A DNA stretch of 64,000 nucleotides from Elusimicrobia bacterium GWB2_63_22 (GCA_001799735.1 MGUA01000012.1:97108-161107), one strand, 5' to 3'. Counted from the first letter of the stretch, positions 9,278-18,917 are shown. The notes: a model not told the origin generated them from the sequence alone. Numbers and translations are program-made.

Positions 9278-10489
9278 ATGGACACTAACACCGAAAATAC
9301 CGAAAGCCGCAAGCTCATAGAGGTGGCCGAGAAGTACGGGGCCAACAACTATCACCCGCTTCCCATAGTTATTTCCACCGCCAAGGGCGTGTGGGTGAAG
9401 GACCCGGAGGGGAACAAGTACATGGACATGCTCAGCGCCTACTCGGCGCTGAACCACGGCCACAGGCACCCGCGCGTGCTCAAGGCGCTGACCGAGCAGG
9501 CCAAACTTGTTACGCTTACCTCCCGCGCCTTCAATAACGCCCAGCTGGGCCCGTTCCTCAAGGAGCTGTGCGAGTTCTCCGGCTACGAGATGGCCCTGCC
9601 CATGAACACCGGCGCCGAGGCCGTAGAGACCGCGCTGAAAGCGGTGCGCAAGTGGGGCTACAAGGTGAAGGGTGTGGCTGCCGACCAGGCCGAGATCATC
9701 ACCTGCTCCAATAACTTCCACGGCCGGACGATAAGCACCATCTCGTTCTCCACCGAGCCGCAGTACAAGGACGGCTTCGGGCCGTTCACCCCGGGCTTTA
9801 AGACCGTGGAGTACGGCAACATAGAGGCGCTCAAGGCCGCGATCACCCCGAACACCGTGGCTTTCATGCTGGAGCCCATCCAGGGCGAGGCCGGCATCAT
9901 AGTGCCCCCGGCGGGCTACCTGAAGGCCGCCTACGACCTGTGCAAGGCCAACAGGGTGCTGTTCGTCGCCGACGAGATCCAGACCGGCTTCGGCCGCACC
10001 GGCAAAAAGTTCGCCTGCGACTACGAGAACGTCAAGCCCGACATGATCACCATGGGCAAAGCCCTCGGCGGCGGCGTGCTGCCGATCTCGGCCGTAGTGT
10101 CCTCCAAGGAAGTGCTCGGCGTCTTCAACCCCGGCGACCACGGCAGCACGTTCGGTGGCAACCCGCTGGCCTGCGCGGTGGCGCGCGAGGCGCTGAAGGT
10201 GCTGACGGAAGAAAAGCTCGTGGAAAATTCCTACGAGATGGGTAAGTATTTCACCGACAAGCTGCGCTCCATCAAGGGCAAGCATATCAAGGAAGTCCGC
10301 GGCAAAGGCCTGCTGATCGGCGTGGAGATGGACTGCGCGGCCCGCCCGTACTGCGAGCAGCTGATGGCCCTGGGCCTGCTGGCCAAAGAGACCCACGACC
10401 ACGTGATCCGCTTCGCCCCGCCGCTCGTGATCACGCAGAAAGAAATAGACTGGGCTTTCCGCCGCATAAAGAAAGTCCTGTCCAAGTAA
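9278..10489 (+). CDS. rocD: Ornithine aminotransferase (class-III PLP aminotransferase)
   Basis: 403 aa. [61 protein letters not shown]-lysine context [10 protein letters not shown] and [14 protein letters not shown] are strongly RocD/OAT-like. AAGGAG RBS. Confidence 0.9.
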   Translation: MDTNTENTESRKLIEVAEKYGANNYHPLPIVISTAKGVWVKDPEGNKYMDMLSAYSALNHGHRHPRVLKALTEQAKLVTLTSRAFNNAQLGPFLKELCEFSGYEMALPMNTGAEAVETALKAVRKWGYKVKGVAADQAEIITCSNNFHGRTISTISFSTEPQYKDGFGPFTPGFKTVEYGNIEALKAAITPNTVAFMLEPIQGEAGIIVPPAGYLKAAYDLCKANRVLFVADEIQTGFGRTGKKFACDYENVKPDMITMGKALGGGVLPISAVVSSKEVLGVFNPGDHGSTFGGNPLACAVAREALKVLTEEKLVENSYEMGKYFTDKLRSIKGKHIKEVRGKGLLIGVEMDCAARPYCEQLMALGLLAKETHDHVIRFAPPLVITQKEIDWAFRRIKKVLSK

Positions 10490-10501
10490 GCGTTGCTTCA
10501 G

Positions 10502-10541
10502 AAGCCCCGTCAGCCGGTTTGCCGCGCTGGCGGGGCTTTTT
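10502..10541 (+). terminator. Probable intrinsic terminator after rocD
   Basis: AAGCCCCG ... CGGGGCTT stem with inner CAGC/GCTG and CGG/CCG pairs, followed by TTTTT (10537-10541). Confidence 0.5.
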
Positions 10542-10548
10542 AGCGCCG

Positions 10549-11478
10549 ATGAGCACCAACGATAAAAACAATAATTGGCTTTACTTCCAGGTGGTCGTCG
10601 CCGCCGCCGTGTGGGGCGCCGCCTACCCGTTCACCAAGATCCTCGTCGCCGAGCTCTCCCCGCTTTCCATCGTCACCTTCCGCGCCCTTACCGGCGCGCT
10701 CCTGCTCCTGGTCTTCAGCGGTTCCCGCTTCGAACTGAAAGATTTCAGGCCCGCCATTCTCTGGCGGCTCCTCGTCATGTCGGCGCTGGGGATCTCCTCC
10801 CAGCAGTACATGCAGTCCTACGCCCTCAAGTACACGGAGGCCTCCCACGCCGGCTGGCTGATCGCCTCCACGCCTATCATAGTGGCCGGCCTGATGGCCG
10901 CGCTGGGTGAGAAGATAGGCGCCCTCAAATTGACGGCTTTCCTGCTGGGCTTCGCCGGCGCCATGCTGGTGGTCTTCGCGAAGGCCGGGACCGGCGCCTT
11001 CGCCCTGCCCTCTACCCGGGGGGACCTGATCCTGCTGTTCACCTGCCTGACCTGGGCCTTCTACGTGCTGTGCGCTAAAAAGTGGCTGACCTCCTGGCGG
11101 CCCGCCAAGGTTACCACGGCCACCATGCTGGTGGCCCTGGCGAGCGTGCTGCCCTTCTGGTTCGCCGCCGGCGGCCCGGCCGAGTTCGCCAACGTCTCGG
11201 CGGCCGGCTGGCTGAGCCTCGGCTACCTGGGCGTGCTCTCCTCCGCGCTGGGCTACCTGTTCTGGAACAACGCCGTGGAAGGCCTCGGCGCGGTCAAAGC
11301 TTCGTATTTCATCAACGTCGAGCCTTTCTCCACGCTGCTCTCGGCCTACCTGCTGCTCGGCGAGCGGGCTACCCTTGCGGCTTTCGCCGGGGGCCTGCTG
11401 ATCATGGCCGGGGTGTACCTGGTTAACATGAAAGAAGGCCGCGCCGGGGCGTTAAAAGGAGCCTCTATCAATGCCTGA
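10549..11478 (+). CDS. EamA/DMT-family transporter
   Basis: About 10 hydrophobic helices in two EamA-like halves (WGAAYPFTKILV..., GYLGVLSSALGYLFWNNAVEGLGA). I prefer ATG 10549 (MSTNDK) to the track's TTG 10519, which lies inside the rocD terminator hairpin. Confidence 0.85.
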   Translation: MSTNDKNNNWLYFQVVVAAAVWGAAYPFTKILVAELSPLSIVTFRALTGALLLLVFSGSRFELKDFRPAILWRLLVMSALGISSQQYMQSYALKYTEASHAGWLIASTPIIVAGLMAALGEKIGALKLTAFLLGFAGAMLVVFAKAGTGAFALPSTRGDLILLFTCLTWAFYVLCAKKWLTSWRPAKVTTATMLVALASVLPFWFAAGGPAEFANVSAAGWLSLGYLGVLSSALGYLFWNNAVEGLGAVKASYFINVEPFSTLLSAYLLLGERATLAAFAGGLLIMAGVYLVNMKEGRAGALKGASINA

Positions 11479-12367
11479 TTATTCCCCGCTTAAAGACCGG
11501 TTCGGGGAGCATTGCCGCTTCGGCGAAGGAGCGGCCGGCTTTACCACCTACCGGGCGGGAGGGGCCGCCGAGGTGACGGTGCGCCCGGGCACTACGGAGG
11601 AACTGCTGTGGCTGGCCGGCTGGTGCCGCGCCGCCGCCGTGCCTTTTCTGGTGCTGGGCCGCGGCTCCAACGTGCTGGTGAGCGACCGGGGCCTGCCCGG
11701 CGTGACGGCCCTCACGGAGCGCCTCGACAGAATAACTATTTCAGGCGGAGCCATAGAGGCCCAGGCCGGGGCGGCCTGGGACGAGGTGGCGCGCCTCTCC
11801 GCGGAGGCCGGCCTGGCCGGCTTTGAGAAGACCTCCGGGATACCCGGCTCGGTAGGCGGGGCCGTGCGCATGAACGCCGGGGCTTTCGGCCAGGAAACTT
11901 TCGACAGGCTGGTTTCCCTCGACGCCTTTGACCGGCAGGGTAAACCGGTGCGGCTGCCCAAGGCCGGCATCAAGTTCGGCTACCGCTCCGTCGGGGGCCT
12001 GGACGGCCTCACCGTCCTGTCGGCGCGCTTTGAACTGCCGGCGGGGGACAAGGCCGTGCTGATACAGGACCGCTCCTGCGTGCTGGCCGCCAGGGCGGCC
12101 AAGCAGCCTCTGGACCACCCGTCGGCCGGCAGCGTGTTCAAGCGCCCGCCCGGGGATTACGCTTCCCGCCTGATAGACGCCGCCGGCCTTAAAGGCCTGC
12201 GGATAGGCGGCGCCGAGGTTTCTGGCGTGCACGCCGGCTTCATCGTCAACGCCGGCGGGGCCACCGCCGCCGATATCTACGCCCTGATGCAGGAAGTGCG
12301 CGCGCGGGTGAAGGCCGGGACCGGGGTGGAGCTGGAGCTGGAGCAGATACTGCTCGGGGAATTTTAA
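11471..12367 (+). CDS. murB: UDP-N-acetylenolpyruvoylglucosamine reductase
   Basis: 298 aa. FAD-binding domain motifs TTYRAGGAAE and LVLGRGSNVLVSD. C-terminal MurB motifs PSAGSVFKRPPG, GGAEVSGVHAGFIVN and EQILLGEF. Confidence 0.9.
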   Translation: MPDYSPLKDRFGEHCRFGEGAAGFTTYRAGGAAEVTVRPGTTEELLWLAGWCRAAAVPFLVLGRGSNVLVSDRGLPGVTALTERLDRITISGGAIEAQAGAAWDEVARLSAEAGLAGFEKTSGIPGSVGGAVRMNAGAFGQETFDRLVSLDAFDRQGKPVRLPKAGIKFGYRSVGGLDGLTVLSARFELPAGDKAVLIQDRSCVLAARAAKQPLDHPSAGSVFKRPPGDYASRLIDAAGLKGLRIGGAEVSGVHAGFIVNAGGATAADIYALMQEVRARVKAGTGVELELEQILLGEF

Positions 12368-12384
12368 GGGTTACGGGGGGAAGA

Positions 12385-15300
12385 ATGAAACTGCTGCTTT
12401 CCATACTGCTGCTTATGCCCGGGTTCTGTTACGGAGCTGGCCTGCCGGAAGCCGACCGCTTTTTTGAAAAAGGACTTTACGAAGAAGCGCTGAAGATCTA
12501 CTCCTCGTCCGCCGCCGCCGCGGGGCCGGAGGCCCTGAAGGCCGCCTACCGCGCGGCCGAATGCGAAGCGCTGCTTTTCCGCTACGCCGAGGCTGCCGGG
12601 CGCCTGAACGCGCTTAAGCTGCCGCCGGACCCGCTCTGGCAGGGCCGCCTGCTCCTCCTGCGCGCCGGCGCCGGCGAGCAATTCCTCGCCCATTACGGCT
12701 ATTCGCTGCCGGCCGACGAGCAGAAGGGCACCCGGGACGTCACCAAGTTCACCAGGGCTCAGTGGGACAGGCTGATAGACGCCGATTACGCCTCCCTCTG
12801 GCCGCTGCGCCACGAGCTTCTCAAATACCCGCTCGCCAAACAGGGCTATTTCATCGGCCTGAAGGACGCCACGCTGGACTATACGCCCACCCTGTGGCAT
12901 TTCGCCGTGCTGCGTTGGGGCGAGCGCCTGCTGTCTTCCGTGGGCTACGTCGACACCCTGCCCGAGGCGGCCCTCTTCGTCGCGCCGGAGTATAGCCGCG
13001 ACTATTCTCCCTCCGCCTCTCCCGCCGAGCGCGCGGCCGCCTTGTTCGAATCGCTGGCGGCCGGCGAAGGCTTCGCCGCCGAGCATTGGCGCCTGCGCCG
13101 GCTGCTGATCGCCATAGAGCACAGCGGCGCCGTGCCCAGCCCAGTAGAGAAAACGGTGCGCGCGGCCGCGGAAGAAAAGGCGGTGCGCGCCGCCGCGCTG
13201 GCCACGCTGAAAGGCTGGGGCCGGACCTTTAAAACCCCGCTCGGCCGGGCCTGGGCGCTGCTGCGCGCCGCCTGGCTGCTCAACGAAGGAGAGGAATTTA
13301 AAGAAGCGGTGGACCTCTGCCTGAAGGCCGAGAAGGAGGCCCCCGGTTCCAACCCGGCGGCCCATTGCGCCGGGCTGCGCCTGAGCATTGAGACCCCCGA
13401 ACTGGCACTGATCCCTTCTTTCTCCCTGCCGCCCGGCAAGGGCGCCGTAAAGGTGCGGGCCCGCAACCTGCCCGAGGTGTATCTCCGTGCCTACCGCACC
13501 ACGCCGGAGGAGCTGGCCTCCCTGTCCAGGGACCGGGGCAACGGCTGGGGCGCGCTGCGCTACCTGGGTGCCGAGGCCGCGCGCGCTTTCCTGGCGCGCA
13601 CGCCGGACCTGCGCTGGAGCGTCCGCCCGCAGTACCCCGCGCCGTACCAGCGCCGGGAGCAGGCGGCACCGCCGCCTCCGATGAAGAAGGGCGTCTACGT
13701 GGTGATCGCCTCCGGCGACTCCGGCTTCGAGGACGGCTCCTCGCTGCTCAGCGCCGCCTCGGTGAATATCACCGACGTGCTGCTGATGGGCACCGCCGGC
13801 CTGGCCGGCGACCCCGAGGCTTTTCTCTACGATCCCGCGCTGCCCGCCCGGCAGTCTGGCGGGGACCTGTTCCGGCTTTACGCCGTGGACGCCGTGAGCG
13901 GCCGCCCTCTGGCCGGCGCCCCGATAGACGCCTACCTTAACAGGGCGCACGGCGACTGGGAGCGCGTGCCGCTGCGCACCGGGCCCGACGGCGCGGCCGG
14001 GCTGTCGGCGCCCCTGCGGCTGGCCTATCCCGCCCATCAGAGTTTCTCGCTGGACCCGCTGCTCGAGCACGCCGGCGCCTACGCCTACTGGGGCAATTAC
14101 GCTTCGGCTTCTTTCTCCCTGCCGCAGCCGGTGTCCCTCTTCCTGGAGACCGACAGGCCGGTCTACCGGCCGGGCCAGGAGGTGAAGTTCAAGGTTACGG
14201 CCCTGCTGCGCGAGCCGCGCGGCTACCGCGTCTACGACGGGAGAGAACAACTGGCCGTGACGGTGCGCGACGCCAACTGGCAGGAACTTTATTCAAAGAA
14301 ACTTCCGGTGACCGGCCTCGGCAGCGCCGCCGGCTCGTTCACGGTGCCGGCCGGCCGGCTGCTGGGCCGCTACACCGTTACGGCGACCCTGCGCGAGTAC
14401 GGCTATAACTTCAGCGGCTCGGCTACCTTCGGCGTGGAGGAGTACAAGCGCCCCGAGTTCGAGGTGCAGCTGGCCGCCGCGGAGAAGCCCTACCGCTACG
14501 GCGTCCCCGCCGAGATAACCGGCTCCGCTAAATATTATTTCGGCTCGCCGGTGCCCGGGGCCGCGGTGAAATATCGCGTGACCCGCCACCGCTATATCCC
14601 CTGGTACTGCTGGTACTGGCGCTGGTTCTACTCCGATACCGGCCCTGTGGAGGCCGCCGCGGGGGAGACTAAAACCGGCGACGACGGCAAGTTCTCCTTC
14701 AGCTTTACGCCCGCGCCCGAGAGCGGCGCCTACGCCGACTACCCGGCCGCCTATACGGTGGAGGTGGAGGCCCGGGACGCCGGCGGCAGGACCATAAAGG
14801 ACAGCCGTTCCTACCGCGCCGGCGCCAAGGCTTATGCTTTCGACGTGACGCCGGAGGCCGGCTTTTTTACTCCCGGCAAGCCGGCCGCCCTGAAGGCCCG
14901 CCTGATGGACCTCAACGACGCGCCGCAGGATGGCAGCGCGCGCTATTACGTCTATAAACTGGAAGGGGAGCCTGCCGAAGCCCCTGCCCGGTCCCGGCTG
15001 AGCCGGTATCTCTCTTTCGACCAGAACCCGTCGCTGGAACAGGCTTTCTCCAAAGTCCCCGACGGCCCGCTGGCCGACTCGGGGGAGATAAAGTTCTCCA
15101 AGGACGCGCCGGCCCGGCTGAACCTCAAAGCCCTGCCGCCGGGGGCCTACCGCCTGCGGCTGAAGGCCGGAGACCCGTGGGGCGGCGAGAGCGCCTCCGA
15201 GCTGGTAATAGTTTCCGCCGCCAGGGAGGCCGGCCGGAACAGGGCGCTTAAGCTGCCGCCGGTGGCACTGTTCGAGTACGGCTCGTATAAGCCCGGCGAG

Positions 15301-18300
15301 ACCGCCAGGGTGCTGATAGGCGCCTCCGCGCTGAAGGGAGCTAAATTCGTGGAGCTGACGGCCGGCGCTTTTGTGCTGGCGCGCGAAACCCTGGCCGAGG
15401 GCGGGCTTTCCGTCTACGGCGTTAAGGTGGGAGCGCAGCACGCCGGCGGTTTCGGCCTGCGCTGGCTGGGCGCCGGGGATTTTAAATTCTACTCCGCGGT
15501 GTCCGACGCCCGCGTGCCGCGCGACGACAGGGGGCTGTCGCTGGAGATGGACTATGCCAAGGTGCTGGCCCCCGGCCAGCGGGCCAACTGGGCGCTGAAA
15601 GCCAGGGACGCCGCCGGCCGGCCAGTTTCCGGCGAGGCGCTGGTAAAGATCTTCGACCGCTCGCTGGAGTACTACGCCGCCGACGCCGGCTTCTGGGGAG
15701 CTGTGCTCTACCCGGACCGGCGCACTTCCGGAGCCGGGCAGTCTTCCCTTTTTACACCGCACGCGCTGCAGCTGCCGGTAAAGGACAGGGTAGCGTCGCG
15801 CTACCGCGCTTTGCGCGCCGCGGTCTTGGCGGAAAACCTGCCGTCCCTGCGCCTCGCCCGGGCCGGTTACAGCGCCGGGGGCGGGGGCAGGATGTACGCC
15901 AAAGGCCTGATGATGGAGGCCGACGGGGCTTCCCTCTCCGGCGGCTTCGCCGCCAGGGAGAACAGCGTGGGCGCCGTACGCGGCTCCATGGCCAAGGCCA
16001 CGATGGCGGCCCCCGGCAGCCCGGCTGACGAGGTGCAGGAGCTGGGAGCGATCAGGGACACATCCTGGGCCCCGGAGCCCGAAGTGCAGGCCCGCAAGGA
16101 CTTCTCCGAGACCGCCTACTACGAACCCCAACTGAAGGTGCTTAACGGGGAGGGGAAATTCTCTTTCAAGATCCCCGAGCGGCTCACCGCCTGGAAAATA
16201 TCCTCGTACGTGCTGACGCGCAGCGCCGCGCGCGGCTCTTTCTCGGCCGAAACCGTAACGAAGAAAGACCTGATGGTCCGCCTCGACATCCCCCGCTTCT
16301 TCCGCGAGGGAGACCGCTCCCGCCTGACCGCGCTGGTCACCAACGACACGGCGGAGAACCTGGCCGGGGAAGTCACCCTGGCTATAACTCTCGACGGTGA
16401 GGACGCCGCCGGCAGGTTCAAGGCCGGCGAGGCCCGCCTGCCTTTCACGGTAAAGCCGCACGGCACCGCCTCCGTGTACTGGGAGATAGAGGCGCCGCGC
16501 GGCACGGCCGCCTACAAGGTGCGGGCGGTGGCCCGCTCCGGGCGGCTGGCCGACGCGCAGGAGAACGACCTGCCGGTGCTGCCGTCGCGCGAGCGCCTGA
16601 TCGCTTCCTCGGTGGCCGCGCTGGACGGCGCCGCCTCTAAAACTTTCCGGCTGGCCGAACTGGAGGCCGCCGACAGTTCGCGGGAGGTGGAGTCCCTGCA
16701 CCTGGAGGTGCAGCCGCAGCTTATCCTCACCGTGCTCAACAGCCTGCCCGCGCTGGTGCGCTATCCCTACGAGTGCACCGAGCAGCTGATGAACCGCTAC
16801 GTACCGCTGGCCATAGTGAACGGCTTCTACAACAAGTACCCGGCGCTGCGCGCCGCGGCCGCCAAGGTGCCCAGACGCACAACCCTTACCCCGGCGTGGG
16901 AGCGGGACAATCCCGTGCGCCTGATGGCGCTGATGGAAACACCCTGGGAGCAGGACTCCAAGGGGCGCAGTTCACGCCTGGACGCTACCGATATGCTGGA
17001 CCCGAAGCTGGTGGGAGGAGAGCGCGAGGCCGCCTTCGCCAAGCTGAAGACCTACCAGAACGCAGACGGCTCCTTCCCGTGGTTCCCCGGAGGGCGCCCC
17101 AGCCTCTACATGACCCTCTACGCGCTGGAGGGGCTGGCCGAGGCCTCGCGCTACGGCGTGGCTATACCGGAGGACATGGCCCGGCGCGCGCTGGCCTACG
17201 TTATCTCCGAGATCCCGGCCCACATGAAGGCGGACGAAGAGCATCTCTCCCTGTCCCTGTACGGGGCTTACGTGATCACCTCGTTCCCCAAAGCCTGGCC
17301 CGAAAGCCGGACGGCCCTGGCCTACGCCAAGAGCTGGGCCGACTACGCCGACAAGCATGCCGCCGCCCTGACGGCTTTCGGCAAGGCCTACGCGGCCTAT
17401 GTCTACCTGCGCCTCGGCGAGAAAGCCAAGGCCGGGAGCTACCTGGACCGCGCCATGGACGGGGCCCGCTCCGACGATATAGCCGGCGTGTACTGGACCC
17501 CGGAGAAGATCTCCTGGCTGTGGTATAACGACACGGTGGAAAAGCACGCCTTCATCCTGAGGACCCTGCTGGCGCTGCGGCCCGCCGACCCGAAGATCCC
17601 CGGGCTGGTGCGCTGGCTCCTCTTCAACCGCAAGGCCGGCGAGTGGAAGTCCACCAAGGCCTCGGCGGCGGCCATCTACTCGCTGCTCGACGTCATGAAG
17701 ACCAGGGGCGCCCTGGATAACCCCGACAGCTACGCGGTTAAATTCGGAAAAACCGACCAGGCGCTGGAACTGCAGCCTTTCGACTGGATAGGCAGCCCGC
17801 TGCGCTGGTCCAAGTACGGCGCCGAGACCGCCGAGAAAGGCGCCCTGCGGCCTTCCGTCTCCAAGCGAGGACCGGGCCTCGCCTTCGCGTCCTTTACCGG
17901 CATCTATACCACGGAAAAACCGGCGGAAGAATCTCCCGCCGGCATGATGAACGTGTCGCGCTCCTACTTCCTGCGCGAAAAAGACGGCAAAGGCTACTCC
18001 CTAAAGCCCTTGGCCTCCGGAGACACCGTGGCCGTGGGCGACCAGGTGGAAGTGCAGCTTACCGTCGCCACCCGCAGCCAGTTCGAGTACGTGCACCTCA
18101 AGGACCCCAAGCCGGCCGGCTTCGAGGCGGAGGAACTCAACAGCGGCTGGAAATGGGAACAGCTGTCCCGCTACGAGGAGCCGCGCGACTCGCTGACCAA
18201 CTTCTTCATGGAATGGCTGCCGCACGGCGAGTACGTGCTCAAATACCGCCTGCGCCCCACCGTCCCCGGCAAGTTCCGGCTCGGCGCCGCCGTAATGCAG

Positions 18301-18360
18301 TCCATGTACGCCCCCGAGTTCGCCGCCCACTCCGCCGGCATGCTCATCAACGTGAAGTAG
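12385..18360 (+). CDS. Bacterial alpha-2-macroglobulin family protein (thioester-containing, 1991 aa)
   Basis: Signal peptide MKLLLSILLLMPGFCYGA. ~450-aa helical/TPR-like N-terminal extension. Multiple macroglobulin-like beta domains (e.g. VSLFLETDRPVYRPGQEVKFKV). Thioester motif C-T-E-Q in YPYECTEQLMNRY. Alpha/alpha-toroid TED region and a C-terminal MG8-like domain. Confidence 0.9.
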   Translation: MKLLLSILLLMPGFCYGAGLPEADRFFEKGLYEEALKIYSSSAAAAGPEALKAAYRAAECEALLFRYAEAAGRLNALKLPPDPLWQGRLLLLRAGAGEQFLAHYGYSLPADEQKGTRDVTKFTRAQWDRLIDADYASLWPLRHELLKYPLAKQGYFIGLKDATLDYTPTLWHFAVLRWGERLLSSVGYVDTLPEAALFVAPEYSRDYSPSASPAERAAALFESLAAGEGFAAEHWRLRRLLIAIEHSGAVPSPVEKTVRAAAEEKAVRAAALATLKGWGRTFKTPLGRAWALLRAAWLLNEGEEFKEAVDLCLKAEKEAPGSNPAAHCAGLRLSIETPELALIPSFSLPPGKGAVKVRARNLPEVYLRAYRTTPEELASLSRDRGNGWGALRYLGAEAARAFLARTPDLRWSVRPQYPAPYQRREQAAPPPPMKKGVYVVIASGDSGFEDGSSLLSAASVNITDVLLMGTAGLAGDPEAFLYDPALPARQSGGDLFRLYAVDAVSGRPLAGAPIDAYLNRAHGDWERVPLRTGPDGAAGLSAPLRLAYPAHQSFSLDPLLEHAGAYAYWGNYASASFSLPQPVSLFLETDRPVYRPGQEVKFKVTALLREPRGYRVYDGREQLAVTVRDANWQELYSKKLPVTGLGSAAGSFTVPAGRLLGRYTVTATLREYGYNFSGSATFGVEEYKRPEFEVQLAAAEKPYRYGVPAEITGSAKYYFGSPVPGAAVKYRVTRHRYIPWYCWYWRWFYSDTGPVEAAAGETKTGDDGKFSFSFTPAPESGAYADYPAAYTVEVEARDAGGRTIKDSRSYRAGAKAYAFDVTPEAGFFTPGKPAALKARLMDLNDAPQDGSARYYVYKLEGEPAEAPARSRLSRYLSFDQNPSLEQAFSKVPDGPLADSGEIKFSKDAPARLNLKALPPGAYRLRLKAGDPWGGESASELVIVSAAREAGRNRALKLPPVALFEYGSYKPGETARVLIGASALKGAKFVELTAGAFVLARETLAEGGLSVYGVKVGAQHAGGFGLRWLGAGDFKFYSAVSDARVPRDDRGLSLEMDYAKVLAPGQRANWALKARDAAGRPVSGEALVKIFDRSLEYYAADAGFWGAVLYPDRRTSGAGQSSLFTPHALQLPVKDRVASRYRALRAAVLAENLPSLRLARAGYSAGGGGRMYAKGLMMEADGASLSGGFAARENSVGAVRGSMAKATMAAPGSPADEVQELGAIRDTSWAPEPEVQARKDFSETAYYEPQLKVLNGEGKFSFKIPERLTAWKISSYVLTRSAARGSFSAETVTKKDLMVRLDIPRFFREGDRSRLTALVTNDTAENLAGEVTLAITLDGEDAAGRFKAGEARLPFTVKPHGTASVYWEIEAPRGTAAYKVRAVARSGRLADAQENDLPVLPSRERLIASSVAALDGAASKTFRLAELEAADSSREVESLHLEVQPQLILTVLNSLPALVRYPYECTEQLMNRYVPLAIVNGFYNKYPALRAAAAKVPRRTTLTPAWERDNPVRLMALMETPWEQDSKGRSSRLDATDMLDPKLVGGEREAAFAKLKTYQNADGSFPWFPGGRPSLYMTLYALEGLAEASRYGVAIPEDMARRALAYVISEIPAHMKADEEHLSLSLYGAYVITSFPKAWPESRTALAYAKSWADYADKHAAALTAFGKAYAAYVYLRLGEKAKAGSYLDRAMDGARSDDIAGVYWTPEKISWLWYNDTVEKHAFILRTLLALRPADPKIPGLVRWLLFNRKAGEWKSTKASAAAIYSLLDVMKTRGALDNPDSYAVKFGKTDQALELQPFDWIGSPLRWSKYGAETAEKGALRPSVSKRGPGLAFASFTGIYTTEKPAEESPAGMMNVSRSYFLREKDGKGYSLKPLASGDTVAVGDQVEVQLTVATRSQFEYVHLKDPKPAGFEAEELNSGWKWEQLSRYEEPRDSLTNFFMEWLPHGEYVLKYRLRPTVPGKFRLGAAVMQSMYAPEFAAHSAGMLINVK
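16774..16785 (+). other. Thioester-forming CTEQ codons of the alpha-2-macroglobulin
   Basis: tgc acc gag cag, in frame with the start at 12385. CxEQ is the established thioester motif of A2M/C3 family proteins. Confidence 0.8.
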
Positions 18361-18381
18361 GAGCAAGCATTTAAACCAGCG

Positions 18382-18496
18382 GGCTGGCCGGGGTATCACC
18401 CCGGGCACCCGTTGGGGAAGGGGGGCCCCGCTTCGGGGGGGAACCGCGCAACGGTTCCCTGCAGTCCGGGTGAACGGGGTGATACCCCGGTCAGCC
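18382..18496 (+). repeat. Structured intergenic element, copy 1 (22-bp closing stem + conserved 56-nt core)
   Basis: 5' arm GGCTGGCCGGGGTATCACCCCG (18382-18403) pairs with 3' arm CGGGGTGATACCCCGGTCAGCC (18475-18496), with one G-T position. The core 18412-18467 is identical to 40879-40934. An outer TTTAAAC/GTTTAAA extension lies at 18370-18376 and 18504-18510. Located 22 nt after the A2M stop. Confidence 0.7.
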
Positions 18497-18505
18497 CCAG
18501 ACTGT

Positions 18506-18841
18506 TTAAAAGCGGCGGAAGATGAAGGTGTTCTTGGAACCGAAAGAGAGGAATTTGAACAGCACGAAGAAGAGGGCGGCGCCGGCGAGCAGCAGCGGTA
18601 TGCCCAGGATGGCGCCGATCACCGTGGAGGTCAGCAGCGCCCCGGCCATCACCAGGCCCAGCGCCAGCAGCCCCACCCCGGCGGCGACCAGCATCTTGAG
18701 CCGCGTGAACAGCCCCGGCTTTTCGGGAGGGGGAAAACCCCGCCCCGGGCCCGGGCCGGCGGAACGGAAGCCGCCTTCGCCCGGGCGCACCAGCTCCGGC
18801 TCCACGCAGTCTTCGGTCACCGTCACGCGCCTGTCAGTCAT
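18506..18841 (-). CDS. Small hypothetical membrane protein (111 aa)
   Basis: I use the internal ATG at 18841 (MTDRRVTVTEDC...). The upstream part of the 205-aa track ORF runs antisense through the AT-rich promoter gap and into the start of the + strand gene at 18918. The C-terminal half contains two hydrophobic helices (MLVAAGVGLLALGLVMAGALL; GAILGIPLLLAGAALFFVLF). Confidence 0.5.
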   Translation of the reverse strand: MTDRRVTVTEDCVEPELVRPGEGGFRSAGPGPGRGFPPPEKPGLFTRLKMLVAAGVGLLALGLVMAGALLTSTVIGAILGIPLLLAGAALFFVLFKFLSFGSKNTFIFRRF

Positions 18842-18917
18842 TAAGACTATTTTATCAAAACGCGCAACAATTCCGTTATATACCGCGGTTAGAATATAGA
18901 GACCCGGAGAACATGAC

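Noticed and set aside
8465-10402. 645-aa minus-strand ORF covering the OMP and rocD genes
   Set aside because: Typical high-GC shadow ORF (H/G/A/R/V-rich, no motifs). The + strand frames have signal peptide, RBS and unmistakable aminotransferase motifs.
10519-10548. TTG start at 10519 for the EamA transporter (track coordinates)
   Set aside because: These codons lie within the rocD terminator hairpin and U-run. ATG 10549 is the first plausible start after it.
12364-16701. 628-aa (12364-14250) and 802-aa (14293-16701) minus-strand ORFs antisense to the alpha-2-macroglobulin gene
   Set aside because: Low-complexity R/G/A/P/Q-rich sequence and no start context. The + strand encodes a continuous 1991-aa protein with a thioester motif.
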